From the NCBI RefSeq assembly GCF_009914755.1, contig NC_060928.1: 64,000 nt of DNA; one strand, given 5' to 3'. The stretch's first letter is position 1. Every line of letters starts with the position of its first letter. The position numbers were made by a program, and so were the translations under genes. The stretch comes from the human T2T-CHM13v2.0 reference genome, Homo sapiens. The notes beneath the pieces are model-generated. The model was not told where the DNA came from. It searched no databases and was given only the letters and a program-made list of their open reading frames with translations. Shown here piece by piece: positions 63,850 through 64,000 of this stretch.

Positions 63850-64000
63850 TACCTGACATCTTACACCAACATTCCCAGCATAATGGCTCTTCTGAATTTT
63901 ACCCTAATTTTTTATGGTGAACTCTAACACAGAACCAGACAGGGATGGGAATTCTGGGAAATGTTCTTGCAGCTTAGCTAAGTTGACAGAACATAAAACA
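63850..64000. mobile_element. Probable ancient LTR end (LTR78/79-like)
   Basis: 'cagaaccagacagggatgggaattctgggaaatgt...agcttagctaagttgaca'. Confidence 0.35.

Overview
Primate (very likely hominoid/human-like) gene-poor, AT-rich genomic DNA made up mostly of interspersed repeats: Alu J/S/Y, L1 of many ages, MaLR/ERV1/ERVL LTRs, L2/MIR and a hAT-Charlie1 fossil. I find no supportable cellular protein-coding gene, RNA gene or CRISPR array; the longer ORFs come from repeats. The most structured region is 21.9-42.3 kb, where a Charlie1 transposon fossil is spread over ~20 kb by nested insertions. These include a THE1D/MSTA provirus carrying a ~200-bp copy of the neighbouring Charlie1 sequence, and a full-length L1PA3-type element that later inserted into that copy. 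That L1 is retrotransposition-dead but keeps the 129-bp ZNF93 segment and an open 114-aa ORF0. I see no convincing new biological system; the best leads are mutational mechanisms and TE-derived regulatory sequence. Subfamily names come from recalled consensus motifs, not a RepeatMasker run, and boundaries of old repeats are approximate.
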